This document shows positions 7,160 through 14,759 of a stretch of DNA of 22,155 nucleotides, one piece after another (the first letter of the stretch is position 1; each line of letters starts with the position of its first letter). The notes beneath the pieces were generated by a model that saw nothing but the letters and a program-made list of their open reading frames with translations, did not search any database and was not told where the DNA came from. Source of the DNA: an archaeon. Its GTDB lineage: Archaea > Iainarchaeota > Iainarchaeia > Iainarchaeales > CSSED10-239. Position numbers and translations under genes: made by a program. The stretch is taken from assembly GCA_037147375.1 (NCBI GenBank), contig JBAWVI010000002.1, positions 1-22,155 of the forward strand, in the 5' to 3' direction.

Positions 7160-8956
7160 TTAAACGCGTGTTAAGTTATCAATCTTCTTTTTTGGTTTAA
7201 TTAATATAAATGAAATTATAGCAATTATAAACAAAGCAAGTAAGATGTACCCAATATATCCTTTACTATCTGATTTTTCTACAACCTTCATTTTATTTAA
7301 ATCATACCAAACATCTTTCAGTTTATTTGTATCTGTATTTTTATCATTAATAGATATTGCATTATTATCTGTTAGATCTTCAATAACTTTAATTTCTTGA
7401 GTAGGATAAACATATATGCTTTTTGAATAATCATAATCTCCAGATATTATAAAATCAAATCCACAAGAATCTATTTTATCAAAGCTTTTTATATATACTT
7501 CTGGTTGATTTGATTGCATTATAGAAATTACTTTAGATTCACTAGATACAATTCCACAATAATTAAAATCAAATTTTAATGTTTTAGTTTTTGTTGTGTG
7601 ATTTATAATATCCATTCCTAAATACAATTTATCATCTTTAAAATAAAATATTGGAGGAAGCACAAAAAATGCTTCTTGATATAATCCATCATTTGTGTAT
7701 ACATTTACACTACTTTCAACATCTTTGTATTGATTAGCTAAGATATAACTATAATACATAGGACTATCGAGATCTGGAAGAATAAAATGGTATATTAATT
7801 CTTTTTCTTGAAATGCATCCAAATAAACAATTTCTTCACTATATCTTGGATAAATTTGAGTAAATGAATCATGTGTTTTTAAAATAACAAGTGTTGCAAG
7901 TGGATTTGCATTTGTGTTTTTAATATTTGCTTTAATTGTGAATGCACTTTTTGTTTTCATGTCTTCAGGAGATATTAAATTAATATTTAAAACATCTGAA
8001 TAACCATAATCTGCATAACTTTTTTGTGTGTTAATATTAAAGGATTTTATTTTTTCTTGAAATTCAATTTCAACTGTGCTCATCGTTGTTAATCTATCTT
8101 TAATATTATCTGGATCCTTTGATTTAGAAATTATTATATGACTTGCATCAACTTGTCCAACTTCACCATAGGTTGCATCAACAGGTATCCAATCATATCC
8201 AGGAACATAAGCTTCTACCCAAGCATGTGCATCCCAAGATAAAGTACTATTTGCATATCCTGAAACATATCTTGTTGGTATTCCTCTAGCTCTTAATAAA
8301 GCAGCAGTTAAATTTGCAAACTCATCACAAACCCCTCTTCTTGTAGAAAGAACAGTAACTGCATCTTCAACAACCTCAGAATAAGCAGTATCATAAGTTA
8401 TATTTTGGTGAACCCAATTAGTTATTTCAACAATTTCTGTAATTGCATCATTACTTGTTTTAATTGCATTTGCTACAGAAATAATCTCACTTCTATTTGA
8501 TTGTATGTTCTTTGTAGGTTCTAAATATTCGTTGTTATCAGTAATTGGATTATTAAGATCATATTTGGTGGTTGGTAAGATAATCTTATTTTCAGCTTTG
8601 ATATTTGTATTTATATGAAAATCATACTTATATTCGTCTATTGGATCAATATTAAAGGTTGCTACATCATTACCATATTCATCTTTTTCTATAATCGCAG
8701 GTACCTTTGCACCATTAGAATCAAGATAATAAACATCACGTGAAACTATTTGGGATTTTTGATTTGAGAAAACAGGAGTAGTAAACGTAAATGAATTATT
8801 TTCTGTATAACTTGTAATTAATACAGGCACAGTTAAATTAATATCTACATCTATCATTTTACTTTTAATAGCATCAAAATTTAATTTTTGTTCAGCAAAC
8901 GCACTTGTTGAAAATAAAATTAATAATAATAGTATTAATACTTTAAATTTATTCAT
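7160..8956 (-). CDS. Secreted, C-terminally membrane-anchored transglutaminase-like (papain-fold) protein
   Basis: N-terminal signal peptide MNKFKVLILLLLILFSTSAFA and C-terminal TM YILLALFIIAIISFILI followed by KPKKK. The Cys-His-Asp core reads RRGVCDEFANL ... DAHAWVEAY ... WIPVDATYG. Confidence 0.8.
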   Translation of the reverse strand: MNKFKVLILLLLILFSTSAFAEQKLNFDAIKSKMIDVDINLTVPVLITSYTENNSFTFTTPVFSNQKSQIVSRDVYYLDSNGAKVPAIIEKDEYGNDVATFNIDPIDEYKYDFHINTNIKAENKIILPTTKYDLNNPITDNNEYLEPTKNIQSNRSEIISVANAIKTSNDAITEIVEITNWVHQNITYDTAYSEVVEDAVTVLSTRRGVCDEFANLTAALLRARGIPTRYVSGYANSTLSWDAHAWVEAYVPGYDWIPVDATYGEVGQVDASHIIISKSKDPDNIKDRLTTMSTVEIEFQEKIKSFNINTQKSYADYGYSDVLNINLISPEDMKTKSAFTIKANIKNTNANPLATLVILKTHDSFTQIYPRYSEEIVYLDAFQEKELIYHFILPDLDSPMYYSYILANQYKDVESSVNVYTNDGLYQEAFFVLPPIFYFKDDKLYLGMDIINHTTKTKTLKFDFNYCGIVSSESKVISIMQSNQPEVYIKSFDKIDSCGFDFIISGDYDYSKSIYVYPTQEIKVIEDLTDNNAISINDKNTDTNKLKDVWYDLNKMKVVEKSDSKGYIGYILLALFIIAIISFILIKPKKKIDNLTRV

Positions 8957-9026
8957 ATTTCCTCAAAAGTATATACGATAAAAAGATTTTTAAAGTAAAT
9001 CAATATAATATATCCTAAATAAATAG

Positions 9027-9689
9027 ATGATAATTATGAAAACAAAATACACAAACATTATAGTTATTGGAATAATACTACTTGCTATAATTATTGGAAT
9101 TTATTTTTATCCTATTCTCCCAAGCTCAATGGCAAGTCATTGGAATGAGAATGGAGTAGTAAATGGATATATGCCAAAATTTTGGGGTGTGTTTTTCATA
9201 CCTATAATGTTAATTGGATTATTTTTATTATTCAGGGTTCTTCCAAGATTTGATCCACTAAAAAGAAATGTAGATGATTTCATGGGTTATTATAATATAT
9301 TCATAATTATTTTTACAATATTTATGTTTTATATTTACCTTCTAACATTATTTTTTAATTTTTTTGGAAGTCCAGAAAATATATTTACTTTTTTTGCACC
9401 AGCTTTCGCTATACTTTTTTTCTATTTAGGAATATTAATTGAGAATGCAAAAAGAAATTGGTTTATTGGAATTAGAAATCCATGGACATTATCTTCAGAT
9501 TATGTTTGGAACAAAACACACAAGATGGGTGGAATCTTATTTAAGGTTGTTGCAATCTTAAGTTTAATTGGAGTTTTCTTTCCAAGTTTAGCAATATGGT
9601 TTATGCTTTTACCAATAATTATAGTAACTGTTTGGGTAATGATATACTCATATCTAATTTACAAAAAAGAAAATAAAAATAAAAAATAA
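9027..9689 (+). CDS. Polytopic membrane protein, DUF1648 plus SdpI-like family
   Basis: The N-terminus ILPSSMASHWNENGVVNGYMPKFWGVFFIP resembles the DUF1648 motif. Several hydrophobic helices follow, including NWFIGIRNPWTLSSDYVWNKTHK, which is typical of SdpI/YhfL-type proteins. Confidence 0.65.
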   Translation: MIIMKTKYTNIIVIGIILLAIIIGIYFYPILPSSMASHWNENGVVNGYMPKFWGVFFIPIMLIGLFLLFRVLPRFDPLKRNVDDFMGYYNIFIIIFTIFMFYIYLLTLFFNFFGSPENIFTFFAPAFAILFFYLGILIENAKRNWFIGIRNPWTLSSDYVWNKTHKMGGILFKVVAILSLIGVFFPSLAIWFMLLPIIIVTVWVMIYSYLIYKKENKNKK

Positions 9690-9691
9690 AG

Positions 9692-9773
9692 TGCAAGGGA
9701 CAGGATTCGAACCTGCGAAGCACTAAGCACACGGTCCTTAGCCGTGTCCCTTTGACCGCTCGGGAACCCCTGC
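9692..9773 (-). tRNA. tRNA-Leu (class II, long variable arm); anticodon reads AAG (9737-9739)
   Basis: Hand fold: GCAGGGG TT CCC GAGCGGTCAAA GGG A CACGG CTAAGGA CCGTG TGCTTAGTGCTTC GCAGG TTCGAAT CCTGT CCCTTGC A. The D arm and loop are of the archaeal Leu type and the T loop is canonical. The anticodon register is set by a clean 5-bp stem. Confidence 0.8.
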
Positions 9774-9853
9774 ACAACTTTTTTGCGATATGCAAAAATA
9801 TTTACTTAAAATAATTAATTTAAAATAAATTAATATAAAAAATGCGTTAAAAG

Positions 9854-9926
9854 TGGCCCTAAGCGGATTCGAACCGCTGATTCTCACCTTGTAAGGGTGA
9901 TGTCATAACCGCTAGACCATAGGGCC
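9854..9926 (-). tRNA. tRNA-Val (anticodon TAC at 9891-9893), 73 nt
   Basis: Hand fold: GGCCCTA TG GTC TAGCGGTTAT GAC A TCACC CTTACAA GGTGA GAATC AGCGG TTCGAAT CCGCT TAGGGCC A. All stems are Watson-Crick. Confidence 0.9.
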
Positions 9927-10095
9927 AACTTATACTTTATATAAACTTATGAACTAAAAGGAATTTAAATATGTTGGTTTTGAAAAAAGCACGAATTTAA
10001 CAAAAAGAAAAGGTTTAAATACATAATATCTTAATATATATACCTTTTAATAATAGGAGAATAATATATATAACTCAAAAAATGGGTGAGATTTA

Positions 10096-10494
10096 ATGTT
10101 TAATAGACAATATGTAACAAAACTAATTGGTGTGTTTATATTTGCATTTGGTTTGTTTTTTTTATTACTAGCCATTACAAATGTATTTAATGAAGTAGAA
10201 TTCATAAAAGAATATGAGGATTGTATATCAATTGCAAGTTATACTCCTGGAATACTTGATACTTGTAAAGCAAATGTATCTAGTGGACTTAATATAGTAA
10301 TTAGAGCAAATCAAGTTCAATTAGCAATGGGGCAATACTTGAGAGTATTCTTTTGGCAAATCATACAAATCTTATTTGCTATAATTCTAATCATTGTTGG
10401 TGATTATATCTATCTTACAAAAAAGAAAGAAGAAGCAGCACAAAAGCCAATAGCAGTTAGAAAAAAAGTAGTAGTTAAAAAGAAAAGAAGATAA
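10096..10494 (+). CDS. Hypothetical small membrane protein (two predicted TM helices, basic C-terminal tail)
   Basis: Track ORF with GGGTGAG 6 nt upstream of the ATG. It has hydrophobic segments LIGVFIFAFGLFFLLLAI and ILFAIILIIVGDYIYL and a KKVVVKKKRR tail. Confidence 0.6.
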   Translation: MFNRQYVTKLIGVFIFAFGLFFLLLAITNVFNEVEFIKEYEDCISIASYTPGILDTCKANVSSGLNIVIRANQVQLAMGQYLRVFFWQIIQILFAIILIIVGDYIYLTKKKEEAAQKPIAVRKKVVVKKKRR

Positions 10495-10527
10495 ATAAAT
10501 CTTCTTTTACTTTCTTATTTTTTTATT

Positions 10528-12588
10528 TTATTTGAGTTCATCAAATGTAACTATATTTATTTCCTTATCATCTTTAACTGTAGTCTCTGGAGATACTAAA
10601 AACATAACTCCTTTTTCTTTTGAAACTTCAATTAATTTAGTTGATAAAGGCATGTCAGTTACAATTGCATAAATCTTGTTTGGTTTAAAACCTTCAAGCT
10701 TTGATAAAAGATCTTCGTTCTTTGAAGCACCAATTCTTCTAAACTTTTCATTTAAAATTCTTGATTGTCCTTTATTTTCTCCTTCATTAACAATCTCAAG
10801 AAGTGATGCTTTTATCTTGTCTGTTAACTTTGGAAGAATAACTTGCTTTTTAGGTTCAACCTTCTTTGGTTTAATTTCTTTTTCCTTAATAATTTCTTTT
10901 TCTTGCACTGATGCTTGTACTTGAGAAACAATTGGTTCGCTAACCTTTGTTTTTGTTGTATATGCATCAACTTCAACAGGAGCAAAATCAGTTATTTTCT
11001 TAAAATCTATATTTGTTTCTTTCTTTTCTCCAAAATTTGTTTGTGGATAGATAATATCAACTGGTTCTTTTGGAATAGAAACAATATCTTCTGTTAAGTT
11101 TGGTTTACTAATATTATTAAATGGTTTTCTAGAATCATCTGTCTTGTGGAAATCATCACGTCTTTGGAAACTATTATCTCTTCTTTGAGAATTATTATCT
11201 CTTCTAAAAGAATCTCTATTTCCTGAACCATTTCTATCTCTATTAAAATTTCCTCCACCACTACGATTATCTCTTCCTCCAAATCCACCTCTAGGAGATG
11301 CAGAAACATCTACTCTTTCAACATTTGGAATACTTGATAACATGCTATCAAACTCACTTTTCTTGAAATCATCTCTTGGTCTTGAGTCTGTATGTTCATA
11401 ATGAGTTGATGGAACATTATCTCTATGTTCGTAACGTGGTTTATCATCACGATTCTCGTAACGTGGTTTATCATCGCGATTCTCATAACGTGGTTTATCA
11501 TCTCTATTCTCATAACGTGGTTTATCATCACGATTCTCGTAACGTGGTTTATCATCACGATTCTCATAATGTGGTTGATAATTATTTAATGGTTCTTCTC
11601 TTCTTTGTCCAAACTGTAAAGGTTTCATAATCTTATGCTCGTTTGTTGCAGAAAATTTAGTTTGCTTAACAAGGTTTGGAATTGAAGTGGTTACTTGAGA
11701 TGGTTCATCTACAGAGATTGGAGTTGCTTCAGGTATAACAGAAGAACTACTAGATCTTTGTTTATTTGAATCAATATATCCTGCTTTAATCTTTCTTCTT
11801 AAAGCTTGATTAATCTCTTTTTGAGTTAATTCCTCAACTTCTTTACCATCTGGTGCACGTGACACGAAATCAACCTTCATATACTTAAGTAATTGAGATT
11901 GTTGTATTTCTCCTCCATGATCACCATCAAGGAAAAGAGTAACGATCTTACCCTTACAAATATCAGATAGGGATCTTGGTATTCTTGCACCACCTGTTGA
12001 AATAACGTTTGTAAAACCATACCTTAGCATGTTAATTACATCTGCTCTTCCTTCAACAACAATAACTTCCTTACTTGAGCCTATTGTTGGACCAGCTGGA
12101 AGCTTATCAGGACCATAAAGAATAATATCCTTAGTCTTGAATGATTCTTGTATTTCATCCATAAGTTCTTTAGTATCTGGTATTTCTTCTTGCATAACCT
12201 TACCAAGAAGTTCAATTGCTCTTTCTTTAATTTGCTTTCTCTTTAAACCTCTTGTATCTTCAATTTGTTTAATTATAAAGAAAGTATCACAAGGACCAAC
12301 CTTATCAATAGTTTCAATAGCTGCACCAATTATTGCAGTTTCAACCATAGATAAAGAACAAGGTAGTTTTAATGTTCCTGTTGTTTTGTTATTTGAATGG
12401 TTAACTGTGATTTCTATTCTTCCAATCTTTCCATTCTGTTGAAGTTCTTTTATATCCAGTTGTGATCCTAAAAGTCCTTCTGATTGTCCAAAAATAGCAC
12501 CAATAACGTCTGGTCTTTCAACTAATCCTTGAACCTCAAAATCTGCTACAATCAAGTATTTGATTGTTTCTAAATAGGTTTTACCCAT
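10528..12588 (-). CDS. dnaG: Archaeal DnaG (TOPRIM primase / exosome-associated protein) with a large low-complexity insertion
   Basis: The N-terminus KYLIVADFEVQGLVERPDVIGAIFGQSEGLLG is the archaeal DnaG signature. The TOPRIM motif reads VIVVEGRADV ... LFLDGDHGGE. GGTGA lies upstream of the ATG. Residues about 275-585 are low complexity. A C-terminal domain (IYAIVTDMPLSTKLIEVSKEKGVMFLV) follows. Confidence 0.92.
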   Translation of the reverse strand: MGKTYLETIKYLIVADFEVQGLVERPDVIGAIFGQSEGLLGSQLDIKELQQNGKIGRIEITVNHSNNKTTGTLKLPCSLSMVETAIIGAAIETIDKVGPCDTFFIIKQIEDTRGLKRKQIKERAIELLGKVMQEEIPDTKELMDEIQESFKTKDIILYGPDKLPAGPTIGSSKEVIVVEGRADVINMLRYGFTNVISTGGARIPRSLSDICKGKIVTLFLDGDHGGEIQQSQLLKYMKVDFVSRAPDGKEVEELTQKEINQALRRKIKAGYIDSNKQRSSSSSVIPEATPISVDEPSQVTTSIPNLVKQTKFSATNEHKIMKPLQFGQRREEPLNNYQPHYENRDDKPRYENRDDKPRYENRDDKPRYENRDDKPRYENRDDKPRYEHRDNVPSTHYEHTDSRPRDDFKKSEFDSMLSSIPNVERVDVSASPRGGFGGRDNRSGGGNFNRDRNGSGNRDSFRRDNNSQRRDNSFQRRDDFHKTDDSRKPFNNISKPNLTEDIVSIPKEPVDIIYPQTNFGEKKETNIDFKKITDFAPVEVDAYTTKTKVSEPIVSQVQASVQEKEIIKEKEIKPKKVEPKKQVILPKLTDKIKASLLEIVNEGENKGQSRILNEKFRRIGASKNEDLLSKLEGFKPNKIYAIVTDMPLSTKLIEVSKEKGVMFLVSPETTVKDDKEINIVTFDELK
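11431..11565. repeat. Five head-to-tail 27-bp repeats inside dnaG, in frame (nonapeptide YENRDDKPR)
   Basis: Units at 11431, 11458, 11485, 11512 and 11539. Units 1 and 5 are identical (gtaacgtggtttatcatcacgattctc). Units 2 and 4 each differ at one base and unit 3 at four. Degenerate copies flank both ends (about 11404-11585). Confidence 0.95.
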
Positions 12589-12705
12589 AATTTATTCACC
12601 TGTTTTTTTAATTATATTTTGCTTATGTAATCTAATAAACAGGAATTTAGTTCATACTCTAAAAATAGTTGATTTCTAAAAAAATAAGTATATGCTGATC
12701 TGGTC

Positions 12706-12942
12706 TTATAGGACTTTGATAACCTTGTGATGACTCGTTTTTCCTTTAAGTATCTCTACCCTATATCCATTTTCCTTAAAAAGCTCGATTAGTCTCTTAT
12801 TAGCCTTTCCCTCCACTGGGACCGCCTTTAATCTGACCTTAAGCTTTCTTCCTTCAAGCAACTCAATCTCTTCTTTCTTTGAGTTACAAATAACATCAAC
12901 TTTGAGAATCTCACTTTTCTCTAAGTTAATTTTGTTTTGCAT
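12706..12942 (-). CDS. DUF167 / YggU-family (UPF0235) small protein
   Basis: LKVRLKAVPVEGKANKRLIELFKE...VEILKGKTSHHKVIKV matches the DUF167 pattern (V.A.P..GKAN..L...L ... G..S R.K .I). Confidence 0.7.
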   Translation of the reverse strand: MQNKINLEKSEILKVDVICNSKKEEIELLEGRKLKVRLKAVPVEGKANKRLIELFKENGYRVEILKGKTSHHKVIKVL

Positions 12943-13243
12943 ATAACTTTATTTTTATAAATTATAACTATTTTTAAATTCTTAAATTCTGTTTTATAAA
13001 GATTTAATTTGTTAATTCTTAAATTTTATATTCATTTTAAAAAAATTAAATAAAAATATAAATTTAAATTTCTCACTATTCTTATATTATATAATGAAAC
13101 AAAATGTTTATAAAAGCGTTTATTAAAATTAATTAAAAATAGTTTATAACTAAAATTTAGAAAAACTAAAACAAAATTAAATCCCATCAATCCTAGTGAG
13201 CACCGATTAAAAACATAGATTTATAATGTGTTGTAAACAATAT

Positions 13244-13264
13244 CTTACTTGTAAGGAAAGTAAG
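13244..13264. promoter_or_regulatory. Candidate operator upstream of the mazE-like gene: CTTACttGTAAG palindrome plus a third GTAAG half-site
   Basis: cttacttgtaaggaaagtaag lies 15 nt upstream of the ATG at 13279. It is about 25 nt downstream of a TATA-like tttataat (13220-13227), which is roughly where transcription would start. Confidence 0.3.
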
Positions 13265-13278
13265 AATGTGAAATAAAT

Positions 13279-13533
13279 ATGAATCAAGTAAAAACAGTCA
13301 CGATTAGTGATAAGGGACAGATTTGCTTACCAGTTAACTTTAGGAATCATCTTAATTTAGATAAAGGTAGTTCTCTTATTCTTTTTTTAAAAGATGATAC
13401 AATTATTATTAAAAAAACAGAAAATGTTCTAAATGATTCTTTCTCTAAAGATGAGAAATTGTATTTATTATCAGAAAAGGCATTAAAAAAAACATGGGAT
13501 AATGATAAAGATGAAAGATGGAACAAATATTAA
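13279..13533 (+). CDS. mazE: SpoVT/AbrB-fold antitoxin (MazE-like)
   Basis: VTISDKGQICLPVNFRNHLNLDKGSSLILFLKDDTIIIKK is a swapped-hairpin AbrB/MazE-type domain. It overlaps the downstream toxin ORF. Confidence 0.75.
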   Translation: MNQVKTVTISDKGQICLPVNFRNHLNLDKGSSLILFLKDDTIIIKKTENVLNDSFSKDEKLYLLSEKALKKTWDNDKDERWNKY

Positions 13534-13864
13534 CCAAAGAGATATTTTTCTTGTATTGTATCCATTCTCTGATTTATCTGGATCAAAGAAAAGACCAGTC
13601 TTAATTCTTTCTAAAAGCGAGTTTAATAAACGAAATGAAGATGTTATTTGTTGTTTAATAACTTCTAATCTTAATTATGGGGTAGATAATATTGGAATAA
13701 ACAATAAAGATTTAGAAAATGGGAACCTAGAGTTTGAAAGTATGATTAAACCATATAATTTATTTTATGTAAATAAAAGTTTGATTTATAAAAAACTAGG
13801 TAAATTAAATGCAGAGAAGTTTTCAGAAGTATATAATAAAATAATTAATACAATTTCATTATAA
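13502..13864 (+). CDS. mazF: PemK/MazF-family endoribonuclease toxin
   Basis: QRDIFLVLYPFSDLSGSKKRPVLILSKSEFNKRNEDVICCLITSN matches the MazF/PemK N-terminal pattern (GDI..V.FPF.D.SG.K.RP.LVLS ... VI...ITS). The start could instead be the ATG at 13511. Confidence 0.8.
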   Translation: MIKMKDGTNINQRDIFLVLYPFSDLSGSKKRPVLILSKSEFNKRNEDVICCLITSNLNYGVDNIGINNKDLENGNLEFESMIKPYNLFYVNKSLIYKKLGKLNAEKFSEVYNKIINTISL

Positions 13865-13869
13865 CAAGG

Positions 13870-14280
13870 ATGTGCAAAGGTATGAAAAACAAAGCTAAAG
13901 GATCAAATGCTGAAAGAGAACTCTTACTTATGTTCTTTAAGGAAGGATATGGAGTATCAAGAGTTGCTGGATCTGGTTCTTCACAATTACCTACTCCAGA
14001 CATAATTGCTTGTAAGAAAGGAAAATGCATAGCTATTGAATGTAAGACAAAAAGTGGAAAATACTTAAATATCAGGCCAGAACAGGTTGAAGAGCTAAGA
14101 ACCTGGGAAGGGCTTGCTGAATTTCCAGCTTATGTTGCTTGGAGGCTTGGGAAAGACAAGTGGTACTTCATCTCTCACAAGGATCTTAATAAAACTAAAA
14201 AAGCATACTCTATAAAAAAGGAAGAAATTATGGAGAAAGGACTTGATTTTCATGGGTTTTTAAACCTTATGACACATTAA
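13870..14280 (+). CDS. hjc: Holliday junction resolvase Hjc (archaeal PD-(D/E)xK nuclease)
   Basis: KGSNAERELLLMFFKEGYGVSRVAGSGSS...PDIIACKKGKCIAIECKT contains the E...D...ExK catalytic pattern and has the overall Hjc layout. It starts 6 nt after the mazF-like stop. An alternative start is at 13882. Confidence 0.88.
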   Translation: MCKGMKNKAKGSNAERELLLMFFKEGYGVSRVAGSGSSQLPTPDIIACKKGKCIAIECKTKSGKYLNIRPEQVEELRTWEGLAEFPAYVAWRLGKDKWYFISHKDLNKTKKAYSIKKEEIMEKGLDFHGFLNLMTH

Positions 14281-14335
14281 TATATATTAAGATAAACTCT
14301 AATTTTATATGTAAAAATATTGAGACTGATTAAGC

Positions 14336-14473
14336 ATGTACATGGAACTTGAAGAAATAATTAATGCTCTTGAAAGAGAAGCTAAAAAAGAAAAAGGACT
14401 TAAGAATAAATGCCTTTATGATACTTCAATTTCTGCTTTAAAAGAATTAAAAGATAGAAAATTAGATAAATAA
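14336..14473 (+). CDS. Possible small ORF, 45 aa (MYMELEEIINALEREAKKEKGLKNKCLYDTSISALKELKDRKLDK)
   Basis: An open frame read by hand between hjc and the convergent toxin gene. There is no clear Shine-Dalgarno motif. Its composition is like the other small charged ORFs. Confidence 0.25.
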   Translation: MYMELEEIINALEREAKKEKGLKNKCLYDTSISALKELKDRKLDK

Positions 14474-14483
14474 ATTCTCCAAT

Positions 14484-14759
14484 TTATTTTTGATTACACC
14501 ATCTTTTATAATCATCATGATCCTTGAAAAATCTAATAATATATATTTTATTATCCTTGATATTGTAAACCAATCTAGAGGACAATGTAACTTTTTCTAC
14601 AAAATAAGAAACTCCGTGCTGAAGGTGCTTTCTAGCAATTAGATCTTCAGAAATTATTTTTAATATTTTCTTTTGAACTATAATTTGTAGAGACTTATCT
14701 ACTTTTAAAAGATCCTCTTCAAAATCAGTAGAATAAGTTACCTCATACAAATAAATCAC
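14484..14759 (-). CDS. RelE/ParE-superfamily toxin-like protein
   Basis: 91 aa. The layout resembles RelE-type toxins: an N-terminal Y.V.YS..F..DL.K, and a C-terminal strand region ending HGVSYFVEKVTLSSRLVYNIKDNKIYIIRFFKDHDDY. The GTG start overlaps the upstream stop as GTGA. Confidence 0.65.
   Translation of the reverse strand: MIYLYEVTYSTDFEEDLLKVDKSLQIIVQKKILKIISEDLIARKHLQHGVSYFVEKVTLSSRLVYNIKDNKIYIIRFFKDHDDYKRWCNQK

Noticed and set aside
9936-9945. Palindromic tttatataaa as the tRNA-Val TATA box
   Set aside because: It lies only 10-19 nt from the mature 5-prime end, too close for the usual spacing of about 25 nt between TATA box and start site. The atatttaaat element further upstream (about 9962-9972) is a more plausible TATA. 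Neither could be confirmed, so no promoter feature was called.
11431-11565. Regularly spaced 27-bp direct repeats that could at first glance be taken for a CRISPR array
   Set aside because: The units are contiguous with no spacers. They lie inside the dnaG reading frame and encode an in-frame nonapeptide repeat. No cas genes or leader are present.
12962-13150. Imperfect inverted repeat (ttataactattttt / aaaaatagtttataa) as possible MITE termini
   Set aside because: It is only about 14-15 nt with an indel, made entirely of A/T-rich sequence in a region of about 9% G+C. There are no target-site duplication and no second copy in the window, so it is compatible with chance.
12943-13278. Replication origin in the long AT-rich spacer near dnaG and hjc
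   Set aside because: There are no ORB or mini-ORB-like GC-containing repeats and no adjacent orc1/cdc6. Divergent promoters already explain part of the AT richness. I kept it only as a low-interest observation.
13870-14280. The Hjc-like ORF as a TA-associated or defence nuclease rather than the housekeeping resolvase
   Set aside because: The sequence matches canonical Hjc along its whole length, including the catalytic E/D/ExK residues. Without the rest of the genome, a second hjc cannot be excluded, so the conservative call is the core resolvase. The unusual context is reported as a finding instead.
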